Translations under genes and position numbers: made by a program
Part shown: one piece after another, positions 1-11,817 of the stretch
Layout of the letters: each line of letters opens with the position of its first letter
Numbering within the stretch: the first letter of the stretch is position 1
Notes under the pieces: generated by a model
Told to the model about the DNA's origin: nothing
The model's input: the letters and a program-made list of their open reading frames with translations, nothing else
Databases searched by the model: none
Origin: Octopus bimaculoides
Taxonomy: Eukaryota
Assembly: GCF_001194135.2 (NCBI RefSeq)
Contig: NC_068986.1
Span: forward strand, 54,223,499 to 54,257,671
Direction of reading: 5' to 3'
DNA length: 34,173 bases

Positions 1-89
1 TTGATGTCTCGGAGGTGTTCCGCGAATCATATATATATATATATGCATGCATACATACATCTCTCTCTCTCTTTCTGTCTCTCTCTCTT

Positions 90-156
<67 letters not shown>

Positions 157-518
157 AAAGACACATGTATGCTTGTATATATGTATATATATATATATGA
201 ATGTACATACATATGCATATGTAGTTCGTTATTAAATTAATCTAACTGTGAGAATGTCAAGAAGGGATGGCACACAAGGAAATAACATTTGCCTTTGATA
301 ACTGGCAATTCAGGCGTAAAACGATATAAAGTAATACATACATACATATCCATCCATCCATACATACATACATATATGTGTGTGTACGCCTAAGCACAGA
401 AAGCCTTACTCACACGCACACAATATGTTTACACACACACACAATATGTTTACACACACACACACGAACATATGTTTATACGTGCATATGTATAAACGTG
501 TGTGTGCGCGCGTGTATG

Positions 519-553
<35 letters not shown>

Positions 554-959
554 ACTATATATATATANNNNNNNNNNNNNNNNNNNNNNNNNNNNNNNNN
601 NNNNNNNNNNNNNNNNNNNNNNNNNNNNNNNNNNNNNNNNNNNNNNNNNNNNNNNNNNNNNNNNNNNNNNNNNNNNNNNNNNNNNNNNNNNNNNNNNNNN
701 NNNNNNNNNNNNNNNNNNNNNNNNNNNNNNNNNNNNNNNNNNNNNNNNNNNNNNNNNNNNNNNNNNNNNNNNNNNNNNNNNNNNNNNNNNNNNNNNNNNN
801 NNNNNNNNNNNNNNNNNNNNNNNNNNNNNNNNNNNNNNNNNNNNNNNNNNNACGCACATATGTATATGTATATACAAGCAAAAGAAACAGCACTCATTAC
901 ATGAAGTAGAATCTGATATATATTGGAAAACTGTGTAAAACCACTCTTTCCTTTCGCAG

Positions 960-1020
960 AGTTTGATAAACACAAACAGAAGGAATATAAACGGAATCCT
1001 TCAGAAGATTTTATAAAGAA
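960..1020 (+). CDS. Candidate internal coding exon (61 nt) of an unidentified gene
   Basis: Preceded by cactctttcctttcgcAG and followed by GTaata. Only one of three frames is open across it: (E)FDKHKQKEYKRNPSEDFIK. No homolog recognised. Confidence 0.4.
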
Positions 1021-1123
1021 GTAATAGTGGAAGGTCTAATCCCCATAGTTAGGCTTTCATTGTTTAAAATTGGTTACATGACCATATTTTTTGCAATTTG
1101 CATATCTACTCTTGTCTTTGTAG

Positions 1124-1269
1124 GAAGCTGAGAGAAGCAATTCCGTTTATAGTTCTTACGCTCAAGACTATTTGCTACGCACTGTTGTTTGGACCTTGAG
1201 GAAATAGATTTAGGAATCGTGATAGTCTAGCGTTAGGAGATTTTTCAAGATCAACCAACACCAATAACG
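1124..1269 (+). other. Candidate exon (146 nt) with one in-frame TGA at 1197-1199 in the frame continuing from 960-1020
   Basis: Acceptor ctactcttgtctttgtAG|g and consensus donor aacg|GTAAGT, after a 103-nt intron-like gap. Frame reads KLREAIPFIVLTLKTICYALLFGP*GNRFRNRDSLALGDFSRSTNTNN. The other frames have earlier or multiple stops. Confidence 0.45.
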
Positions 1270-1661
1270 GTAAGTGGACAATAATTATGAGCGCAGATTG
1301 AGAGATGGCGAGGATTGATTCACAATCTCGATTACTACACCAAAACGTAGATATTATTGATAGAATTACAACTATTTATGATGGCGAAGGTGGAAAGCTT
1401 ATAAGTTAGATGAATTAAAAAAATGATAATTTTGTGAATAAATATGTAAATACAGAAGTTGATACATGAATGTATTTTGATACACGTAAGCATACACTTT
1501 ATTGATGGCTGGTTTGTAAAATTTGTGCGTTTAATTTTCTTTGTGAATGCAGCTTGAATTCTTTTGTGAATGACAGTTGAGAAAATGGGACTCAGCGAAA
1601 AGAATATTGTATAGGGAGGTAATTATTCCGCTAAGCTTTAGTTATAGAAAGAATAGTTTAT

Positions 1662-1695
1662 ATAATTCAATGCCTTAATAAAGGCATTGAATTAT
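1662..1695. repeat. Perfect 15-bp inverted repeat with 4-nt spacer
   Basis: ataattcaatgcctt (1662-1676) - aata - aaggcattgaattat (1681-1695) are exact reverse complements. Confidence 0.95.
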
Positions 1696-2059
1696 CGTTT
1701 AAGGAACAAATGGTTGAAGCCAAAGTAGTTTGCTTCTATCGTGATCTTAAAGAAAGGAATGCACTTGTAAATAAAATCTTGATTTAAAAGATGTTGAGGT
1801 TATAAAGACGTAGGCATTTTTGTTGCTTTAATAGCAAGCAAATACCAGTACACAATATTTTTCATCGTGCAGTTAGAACCCAGAGCATAGTTATTTGGGA
1901 ACAGGACAGTTGCACAGGGTGGTGTTTTGCTGATTAATGGAAATGTTTATATTTACTGGTTCCAAAAGTTTTGTAACATGCTAAATTGTAGTCGACATAT
2001 GGAGTAGTAGAACAAATACGCATGCATATAGACACGCACACACACACACACAAACACAA

Positions 2060-2098
<39 letters not shown>

Positions 2099-2171
2099 AC
2101 ACACACACACACGAACACATACAACTCACACCCGCGCGCGCAGACACACACACATACACATGAACACAAAC

Positions 2172-2327
2172 AGTTTCAATTTCCGTCAACCAAACCTATT
2201 CATGTCTTTGGTCGGTCCAGGGCTATAGTTGTAGATACTTGCCGAAGGTGCTGCTACACAATGGAACTGAACCTGGAACTATGTGGTTAGGAATCAGAGT
2301 TTATACCGTACAACTGTGTCTGCGCCT
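2172..2327 (-). mobile_element. tRNA-derived SINE family A, 5' part, diverged
   Basis: Reverse complement resembles the head at 8439 and 11818 (…ccacatagttccaggttcagttcc…gcaagtatctac…accgaccaaag). Confidence 0.75.
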
Positions 2328-2425
2328 ATATATGCATGCACACACACACACACACACACATACAAACACGCACGTGGATATGTATGTATGTACGTATGTA
2401 TATATATATATATATNNNNNNNNNN

Positions 2426-2486
<61 letters not shown>

Positions 2487-2555
2487 AGAATACATACACA
2501 TATATATATACGCACATTTAGATATATGTATATATACACTCACACACACACACAT

Positions 2556-2592
<37 letters not shown>

Positions 2593-2616
2593 CACATGCA
2601 CATACATGCATAGTTA

Positions 2617-2919
2617 CGTATATATATATATACATATACACATGAATGCATACATACATATACCAATACACATGCAGACGCATATACACACTATTTTGTA
2701 TGCGGGTTCGTTGTTATATTTGCCGTGATGTGTTATTTTATATAACATTCTACCGTTTATGATGTGTACGTACACACACACACACATGAACGTACATATA
2801 TATGTATACATATATGCATGTATGCACGTATATATATATATACATATACACATGAATGCATACATACATATACCAATACACATGCAGACGCATATACACA
2901 CTATTTTGTATGCGGGTTC
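2617..2919. repeat. Exact 93-bp direct repeat, period 210, second copy ending at a gap
   Basis: 2617-2709 is identical to 2827-2919 (cgtatata…ctattttgtatgcgggttc). N-run starts at 2920. Confidence 0.9.
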
Positions 2920-3970
2920 NNNNNNNNNNNNNNNNNNNNNNNNNNNNNNNNNNNNNNNNNNNNNNNNNNNNNNNNNNNNNNNNNNNNNNNNNNNNNNNNN
3001 NNNNNNNNNNNNNNNNNNNNNNNNNNNNNNNNNNNNNNNNNNNNNNNNNNNNNNNNNNNNNNNNNNNNNNNNNNNNNNNNNNNNNNNNNNNNNNNNNNNN
3101 NNNNNNNNNNNNNNNNNNNNNNNNNNNNNNNNNNNNNNNNNNNNNNNNNNNNNNNNNNNNNNNNNNNNNNNNNNNNNNNNNNNNNNNNNNNNNNNNNNNN
3201 NNNNNNNNNNNNNNNNNNNNNNNNNNNNNNNNNNNNNNNNNNNNNNNNNNNNNNNNNNNNNNNNNNNNNNNNNNNNNNNNNNNNNNNNNNNNNNNNNNNN
3301 NNNNNNNNNNNNNNNNNNNNNNNNNNNNNNNNNNNNNNNNNNNNNNNNNNNNNNNNNNNNNNNNNNNNNNNNNNNNNNNNNNNNNNNNNNNNNNNNNNNN
3401 NNNNNNNNNNNNNNNNNNNNNNNNTATGTATATATACATATGTGTGCGTGTTTGTGCGTTTGTGTGTGTGTGTGTGTGTATGCATGCATGTATGTATGTA
3501 ACTATGTGTATATATCTGAATGTATATCGACGTATACTTGAGTGTGTCTATAGATATAAGCATAAGAGTATTATTGAGAAGTTTGCGTCACTAATAATGT
3601 GTTGGTGTGATATGCATACGTCCGCCTTAATTAGATTTCATATTACTTACTCCGTGTCATAAACATTATAAAAGAAATAATATAAACGCATGTAAGATGA
3701 GATTAGTGCGTATATACTTATACTAACTCACACATACACACTCACACATGCACACGCATAAACACTCATACACAGTTATATATATACATATATATACAAG
3801 AATTAAATGGACGGTCTAGTCATACATATGTGCGTTTGTGTATGCATGTGTGTGTGTGCGCATGCTTGTGAATGCTTTTGTATATATGTATATGTGTGTG
3901 AGTGTGTGAGTATGTGTGTGTGTATGCTAGCATATGTATATATATATATATATATATATANNNNNNNNNN

Positions 3971-4147
3971 ATAATTAGCGGCATTTCGTCCGTCATTAGC
4001 GTTCCGAGTTCAAATTGCCTCGTGGCTGAATCTGCCTTTCATTCTTTCAGTGTCGATAAAATAAGTACCAGCTGAACACCAGGGTCAATATAATCGACTT
4101 ATTCCACTGCCCGAACTTGCTGGTTTTGTGCCAAAAATTGAAACCAT
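3971..4147 (+). mobile_element. tRNA-derived SINE family B, 5' end lost in gap
   Basis: B-box-like gagttcaaatt, central gcctttcattctttcagtgtcgataaaataagtaccag, tail …ttgtgccaaaaattgaaacc. Confidence 0.8.
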
Positions 4148-4253
4148 TATTTGGTAAAATACTTGCATTGAATATTCGCTAACAAAATATTCCTAGCCCA
4201 GTTTTGTATATACATGTACATACACACGCATATATATACATATATGCATACAT

Positions 4254-4298
<45 letters not shown>

Positions 4299-4757
4299 CA
4301 CACACACATGTATACACATATACATACACACACACAAATTTATATATGTAAACACATACACATATATATCTAGATACAGTCCTCTCTGAATTGTTCTATA
4401 TATATATATGTGTGTGTGTGCATGTTCGTGTAAAGTTGTGCATAACATGTTCAAGTGTATCTGGACGTGATAGGATCTAGTCCTACAAATAAATTGTCTG
4501 CTTTGACTCGTGTAAAAAGATAATTTTGGACCATAGATCCAATAATGTCATTTGGAATGTATTTTCAGACTAGATGGAAATATTTTCTCCTGGGAATATC
4601 TTCCCAGAATCTTAGGTGTTTTGATACATGTCAGATGGTGCGTTTTCTCCTGAGACAACCTCCGCATCGAAAGCGCTCACCAGGTCCGAGTACGCTCAAA
4701 TGTGTTAAATATGGTTTTATGCAAGTATTCTTTTTATAAACTTTGTTCCGTGAGATA

Positions 4758-4792
<35 letters not shown>

Positions 4793-5468
4793 NNNNNNNN
4801 NNNNNNNNNNNNNNNNNNNNNNNNNNNNNNNNNNNNNNNNNNNNNNNNNNNNNNNNNNNNNNNNNNNNNNNNNNNNNNNNNNNNNNNNNNNNNNNNNNNN
4901 NNNNNNNNNNNNNNNNNNNNNNNNNNNNNNNNNNNNNNNNNNNNNNNNNNNNNNNNNNNNNNNNNNNNNNNNNNNNNNNNNNNNNNNNNNNNNNNNNNNN
5001 NNNNNNNNNNNNNNNNNNNNNNNNNNNNNNNNNNNNNNNNNNNNNNNNNNNNNNNNNNNNNNNNNNNNNNNNNNNNNNNNNNNNNNNNNNNNNNNNNNNN
5101 NNNNNNNNNNNNNNNNNNNNNNNNNNNNNNNNNNNNNNNNNNNNNNNNNNNNNNNNNNNNNNNNNNNNNNNNNNNNNNNNNNNNNNNNNNNNNNNNNNNN
5201 NNNNNNNNNNNNNNNNNNNNNNNNNNNNNNNNNNNNNNNNNNNNNNNNNNNNNNNNNNNNNNNNNNNNNNNNNNNNNNNNNNNNNNNNNNNNNNNNNNNN
5301 NNNNNNNNNNNNNNNNNNNNNNNNNNNNNNNNNNNNNNNNNNNNNNNNNNNNNNNNNNNNNNNNNNNNNNNNNNNNNNNNNNNNNNNNNNNNNNNNNNNN
5401 NNNNNNNNNNNNNNNNNNNNNNNNNNNNNNNNNNNNNNNNNNNNNNNNNNNNNNNNNNNNNNNNNNNN

Positions 5469-5515
<47 letters not shown>

Positions 5516-5554
5516 ACGTATACATGCACATATGTATGTATCCATTTATTGGGT

Positions 5555-6428
5555 TATTGAGTTGTCAGATAAATTCGTTCATTTTTTTTCAATGTTATTT
5601 GAATTAACACAAAATTCATTTTTTTATGGTAGTGATTTATGTATTTCTTTCTCGTAAGCTCTATTTCCCCCTACAACTCTTGTATTATCGTTTTTGAAAT
5701 CTGAATAAATTTTACCTGTGTTTTTTTTTTCTTTTTTCTTTTTTAGACATATCGGCATATGACGATGGAGTGACAAGTAGAAAAAAATTAGTGATTTCGA
5801 CACATGCTTGTATTCGCTTCCAATCAAGCTTTCAAAGTTGCCTAAACCACTTGAGACAGTTGTACTGTGTACGGAGAAGCTGCTACTACTGAAAGAACTG
5901 CACAGAAATGTATTTTTTTACGCTTCAAGGAGAAATGTGACCTCTCACTTCATTTCAATGAGAATAGATTGAACAAGTTCATCCATTAGGATCCGAACCA
6001 ATCCACCCGGGAACTGGTCCCGCGTGTGGGTCGATCTCACGATTCTATCACCCGTCACCGTCATTCGATAGGTAAGGTCCACGTCGCTAATTTCACCAAA
6101 GATGTTATTCAAGAACTCGTTTTGGAATTTCTACAGCACTCACAATATTTTCCTGACATAGCGTCTTGATATTATCACGTTGGTCGCTCTCCAAAAGTCT
6201 GCGCGACGTTTCTTTCAACAACAACGTGAGGCTGAAGACATAGCCCCATAAACTGTTCGAGTCAAGACTCGGTAATTTTTACTGTTAAGGTATTGACAAG
6301 CAAGTGAGACGTTTGGCAAGAAGTTGAGAACAATGGAAGAGAGTATATTATTGAGTATATAATTTTTAAAAATTACTGATGAATAAAGGTGGATTAAAAA
6401 ACGAATGAATTTATTTGAGAACCCAATA
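5555..6428 (+). mobile_element. Internally deleted, decayed mariner DNA transposon (about 870 bp)
   Basis: TIRs TAttgagttgtcagataaattcgttcattttt and aaaaacgaatgaatttatttgagaacccaaTA. Transposase remnant from ATG 5765: N-terminal HTH region (…VYGEAATTERTAQK…DPNQSTRELVPRVGRSHDSITRHRHSIGKV) joined to HVANFTKDVIQELVLEFLQHSQYFPDIAS*YYH, equivalent to mariner HPPYSPDLAPSDYH. Confidence 0.88.
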
Positions 6429-6510
6429 TGCGTACACATATACATATACCTACCTACCTACCTGCCTACCTACATACATACATACCTACCTACCTATCTA
6501 CATACATACA

Positions 6511-6546
<36 letters not shown>

Positions 6547-6547
6547 T

Positions 6548-6595
<48 letters not shown>

Positions 6596-6619
6596 GTATG
6601 TAAGTGTTTTCGCCGAAAG

Positions 6620-6939
6620 GATCGACTCTAGTACTTTTTTTTTTTAAAGCCTGTTACTTGTTTTGGCGTCTTTTTTATCAAACCTTTAAGTTACAGTAAC
6701 GTAAAGAAACCAACACCGGTTGTAGATAATCACATACACGCGCGCGCTCGCGCGCACACAAACACACATACACACACACACACAAATGACAGGCTTCTTT
6801 CAGTTTCCGACAACCAGGCTTTCTCAAATCTTTGGTCGGTCCGGAACTACGGAAGAAGACACTAGCACAAGGTGTCACACAGTGGGACTGAACCTGGAAT
6901 CATTTGGTTGGGAAGCGTACTTCTCACTACACAATCACG
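6620..6939 (-). mobile_element. SINE family A, near full length, with internal (CA)n microsatellite
   Basis: Head 6786-6939 (reverse complement …gcttcccaaccaaatgattccaggttcagtcccactgtgtgacacc…gaaactgaaagaagcctgtc), CA-rich run, then tail remnant (aaccaacaccggttgt). Confidence 0.8.
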
Positions 6940-7088
6940 AAAGAGGGAGAGAAAGAGAGAGAGAAACAAAGAAAGGGAGAGAGAGGAGAGAGAAGAGAGG
7001 AGTGAGAGAGGAGAGTGAAAGGAGAGAGAGAGAGAGAGAGCGGTGAGAGAGTAGGGAGAGAGTGAGAGTGAGAGTGAGAGTGAGAGAA
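6940..7088. repeat. GA-rich purine tract / (GA)n and (GAGAGT)n microsatellite
   Basis: Directly visible. Confidence 0.9.
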
Positions 7089-7318
7089 CGGGCAAGTTAA
7101 CTTTGTGATGAATATTCTTTCGTATATAAATTTTTAGCCCAGTGTGACATTTTGGTCCTTCATCCCAAGAAGGGGTAAAAAACGCGAGGACAAGCCACGC
7201 CGATCCCCTTTTTCTGGTCACAAGGAGAAGACGTGTTGTGAAACTACAAACATCTCTTTATAACAAGATTAAAAATATGTGCTTATTGAAGACATACGCC
7301 TATAAGTTGACCTTGCGT

Positions 7319-7367
<49 letters not shown>

Positions 7368-7821
7368 NNNNNNNNNNNNNNNNNNNNNNNNNNNNNNNNN
7401 NNNNNNNNNNNNNNNNNNNNNNNNNNNNNNNNNNNNNNNNNNNNNNNNNNNNNNNNNNNNNNNNNNNNNNNNNNNNNNNNNNNNNNNNNNNNNNNNNNNN
7501 NNNNNNNNNNNNNNNNNNNNNNNNNNNNNNNNNNNNNNNNNNNNNNNNNNNNNNNNNNNNNNNNNNNNNNNNNNNNNNNNNNNNNNNNNNNNNNNNNNNN
7601 NNNNNNNNNNNNNNNNNNNNNNNNNNNNNNNNNNNNNNNNNNNNNNNNNNNNNNNNNNNNNNNNNNNNNNNNNNNNNNNNNNNNNNNNNNNNNNNNNNNN
7701 NNNTATTTCTACATATCAATGGACGGGCATGTATAAACACCCACAGATATGCATCGGAAAAATGGAAGGAAGAGGGTGGTTCAACGGTTACACGCATAGG
7801 AGTAACCGTAGGAGTGTGTGT

Positions 7822-7863
<42 letters not shown>

Positions 7864-7971
7864 TCTGTCTATGCGTATGCGCTCTTCCTGGTAAGAATAG
7901 GTGGGTGCTGAAGTAATAAGGTGTGGGAGGTTTGATGTGTTTCTGTGCTTGTATATGTGGGTACATACATG

Positions 7972-8023
<52 letters not shown>

Positions 8024-8438
8024 CGTATGTCTAGGTGGATGGATATGTGGATGTCAGGGTGTTTGCGCTAGGTGAAAGCTTACTAGGAGAAACGGGAGCG
8101 TATGCTTGCCATTCATGTCGGGGGCCTATCACTCTGATTAACGTTGAGAGACCCTCGCCTCACTGACTACAGAAGCTGCTGAGCGTGTATAATACGGTCA
8201 TGTCACCAGCGACGGCATTAACAGCGCCAGCCAGCCTGCCAGTCAGCTTGTCCTCCTGTCAGCACGCCAGCCTGCCAGCTATTCCGTCGGCCAGCCAGGC
8301 GGACTGCCGGACTGTTAGTCGGAGTAGCGAACGGACGAGCCGAAGAGGAAAGACTCTCTGTAGTCGCACATTCTGCTAAAAACAACAGTCAAATCTTTAT
8401 CTCTAAAATGCAAAATAAATACATAAAAACATACTAAG

Positions 8439-8590
8439 TGTAGTTGTGTGGTAAGAAGTTCGCTTCCCAACTACATGTTTCCAGGTTCAGTCCCACTCTG
8501 TGACACCTTGGCCAAGTATCTTTTACTATAGCGGACCAAAGCCTTGTGACTGTTTGGTAGACGGAAAGTGAAAGAAGCCTGTCGTATATA
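8439..8590 (+). mobile_element. SINE family A, 5' half
   Basis: gttgtgtggtaagaagttcgcttcccaactacatgtttccaggttcagtcccac (A/B-box-like tRNA head) …ggaccaaagccttgtga…gacggaaagtgaaagaagcctgtcgta. Confidence 0.85.
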
Positions 8591-8689
8591 CACGGTCATT
8601 TCACTATGTTGAACCGTTAATTTCTATACATTTTGTTCCTCTCTCCGTTTTTTGTTTTCGTTCTCTCGCCATTCCCCCCACCCCCTGAA

Positions 8690-8820
8690 TCCTTTCTGTC
8701 GCGAAGAGCGTCGGCTCGAAACGTCAACGACATTTCCATTCTTCTAGAGCGTTAAGCTAATGCACCTGCCTGTTGTACCTTCACTTATCTTCTTTTGTTG
8801 TCTGTAAATTTGAACAATAT
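8690..8820 (+). mobile_element. Probable Penelope-type terminal-repeat fragment with degenerate hammerhead-like motif
   Basis: ctgtcgcgaa-GAGC-gtcg-GCTC-gaaacgtc-aacgaca follows the CUGANGA(A)/stem II/GAAAC-GUH layout, but the core is non-canonical. Confidence 0.4.
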
Positions 8821-8822
8821 AC

Positions 8823-8858
<36 letters not shown>

Positions 8859-9195
8859 NNNNNNNNNNNNNNNNNNNNNNNNNNNNNNNNNNNNNNNNNN
8901 NNNNNNNNNNNNNNNNNNNNNNNNNNNNNNNNNNNNNNNNNNNNNNNNNNNNNNNNNNNNNNNNNNNNNNNNNNNNNNNNNNNNNNNNNNNNNNNNNNNN
9001 NNNNNNNNNNNNNNNNNNNNNNNNNNNNNNNNNNNNNNNNNNNNNNNNNNNNNNNNNNNNNNNNNNNNNNNNNNNNNNNNNNNNNNNNNNNNNNNNNNNN
9101 NNNNNNNNNNNATTCGCTGAATCACTGAATTGGGGCTGAACCTGGGTCTAGACCACAACGATTACCTCAGGAACATCAATTATGTAGCATACTAG

Positions 9196-9546
9196 TTGTC
9201 ATATCAGTGTGTTGAAGTACGGCTCATTCGTCGTCGCTGTCGTCATCACTGTCAACGTCGTCCTCCTCTTATTTTTTTCCTTTTTTTTCTTCTCCTTTTT
9301 CATCCTCTTTCTTTTCGTTCTTGTCCCTCACCTCCACCTCGTCGTTGTCATCACCATCACCACCGCCACCGTCACCGTCACCACTGCTGCTAGTCCCCCA
9401 TCATCGACATCATCGCCGTCGTTGTCGCCGCCGCCGTCGACGCCGCCGCCGTCGTCGCCGTTATCGTCATCATCATCCACCTCTTCTTTCTCATAGTCGC
9501 CGTCCTTGCTGTCTTCGCCGCCGCTACTGCCACCACTACCCCCTCC

Positions 9547-9608
<62 letters not shown>

Positions 9609-9610
9609 AC
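9196..9610. repeat. Compound trinucleotide low-complexity region (CGT/CGC/CAC) ending in (CAT)n
   Basis: Directly visible; (CAT)n at about 9547-9607. Confidence 0.9.
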
Positions 9611-10206
9611 ATCGGTTATCATCTGCTCTTACCAGGCTGACTTTCATGGATCGCTACCACCCTCTTCCTTAAGCTGTACTTATGCATTCATTTGTATTTC
9701 AAATTTGTCCAGTTCCTGGTCCTTACTTAAATTCCCGTTCATTTTGTCTTCAGCTCATTCACTCACTAACACCGTTAAACTACACGAATGTATGAGCAAG
9801 GCTAACATCCTTATCAGACCAGCTTGTTTGTTGGAGCAATCATACTGACAGACATTTTTGTCTCGGCTTGATACCTGCTCTAATAGAACTACTCGGAAGT
9901 TTTCCAGACTTCCAGACAAGTCAGCTGTTGCCAGAGAACCTGGGCAAATAATCAAATTGCTAGACTTTAAACTATTCACCCTGCCATACTATTGCCGTTT
10001 AGTATACGCATACAGAGAACATCACTTATTCTACTAATGGGGCAAGTCAACGTGTTAACTGTTCTCTTAGTAAGTCTACCAAATTTCGAGACTTATCTAA
10101 GTAGTCTGTTGTCTTTTCTTTATCGTATAGATATTTCCATTTTTCTTTTTAATATTTCCAGACACACGATCTCAAATATGTGAAAAGAATGTATTGCCAA
10201 TTATAT

Positions 10207-10275
10207 TAACTCATAATACTTATCTTAATACTTAACTCATAATACTTGTCTAACTCATAATACTTAATACTTGTC
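10207..10275. repeat. Short tandem repeat, taactcataatactt x3 with variant spacers
   Basis: Three copies of taactcataatactt plus partial aatacttgtc repeats. Confidence 0.8.
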
Positions 10276-11044
10276 TTGCTCATTATTTCAATGATCCCGG
10301 AATGTTGTAAGACAGATTTCTCTCAGTATTAATTTAAAAAAAAAATATACTAACTTTTCACATCTACATATGTACAATATAGTACTATATTGTACACCTA
10401 ATAGGGATTCTGTTTTCACTACTGTTATAAGTACGACAGAATTTTAACTTCGCTGCTGTCGTCTAATAACCTGAAAATTGCTCAGAATTGTCTCTCGTAC
10501 TTGCCAAGGAGATAGTGCAGAAGTATAAGGCTAGTAACCCATAAAGCACTAGGATTTGCACTTACATAGCATGGACTACTGAGCACATTTTATGAAAATG
10601 AGACTACCATGCACACATAAAAAAAAAACAAATATCTTCTTAGTATATAATGGTGGCAAGTTTTACATCGTCTGAAAAGTTGAACTGTTAGTCCTCTTGC
10701 ATTCTGGGGCGGGGGGTATCGGAGCGTTTGAGTGACATTAGACCCCAACAAACACCCATAAATTAAATGCATCTATCTGGGCCACGATCGTAGCATGTCG
10801 TGGTCCGTCGCGCTTTATGTGTTAAAAGACAAATAGTGAGTGATAGCAGACGTAAAACATGAGGGAGTGGAAGTATGCGGTGTTTATCTGTTGCGAAAGA
10901 GTGAGTGAGACTGAGAAAATACAAATGAGAGCGAGTTGGATTAAAATGTGTAACGACGTTCGAACAGCCGATATTAATAACAGAAAATGCAGCTTTCTAG
11001 TAAATTATGAAATCCAGACAGGATGACATGTTATCTCCCTCGCA

Positions 11045-11090
<46 letters not shown>

Positions 11091-11817
11091 NNNNNNNNNN
11101 NNNNNNNNNNNNNNNNNNNNNNNNNNNNNNNNNNNNNNNNNNNNNNNNNNNNNNNNNNNNNNNNNNNNNNNNNNNNNNNNNNNNNNNNNNNNNNNATATA
11201 TATATATATAAGTTGAATAAAGTTAAAACATAGTCTGGTTTTCACGTTTTTTATTATGTTATTTTAACAAAATTAGCGCTTTCATACATAGTGTACTCAT
11301 CAGTTTTCAAATGTGTTTAACTGACAGTTGAATTCTTGACAACTTTAGTACCTCTTAGAACGTTCCAGCCAGCTGAATTTTTAGAATACCTTTTTTGATC
11401 AATCCGCATGCTCTTAAACATTACGGTTTGCCAGGCGTACCGATATTCTGTAACTTGTTTATATTTATTAATCCACCTTATTAACTGCCTGTTATATTAT
11501 TGCTGTTATATCCATTCAGAACAGGTTTGAACATTCTAACAGACCATTTTTCTTATACCTTTCTTCCAACCTCACTTGTGTCATGTAGTTTGTGGAAAGG
11601 AAAAATTAGAAACATTCTCTGACCACATGTCTCTATATGCTTTTGCTAAAGGGAAATACCATAATAAAAAAACGTGAAAACCAGACTATCTCTTAACTTT
11701 ATTCAACTTATAAATTATCATATACACATTCACAGAAATTTGAAACAATGCACACACACTCTCACACACACACACATACACACACACACAGATACATACA
11801 CACACACACATATATAA

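Noticed and set aside
8063-8379. GC-rich segment with possible exons on either strand (- strand tagcag acceptor near 8375; + ORF 8185-8379)
   Set aside because: The GC richness comes largely from degenerate (CCAG/CCTG) repeats. Peptides are unrecognisable and no matching donor was found.
9321-9848. 175-aa ORF rich in S/P/H/R and the antisense poly-Met ORF
   Set aside because: Derived from trinucleotide repeats, with no domain, no convincing splice context, and open frames expected in such repeats.
10779-10806. 9-bp GC-rich hairpin as a Helitron 3' end or terminator
   Set aside because: No downstream CTRR or U-tract, and the stem length is within chance.
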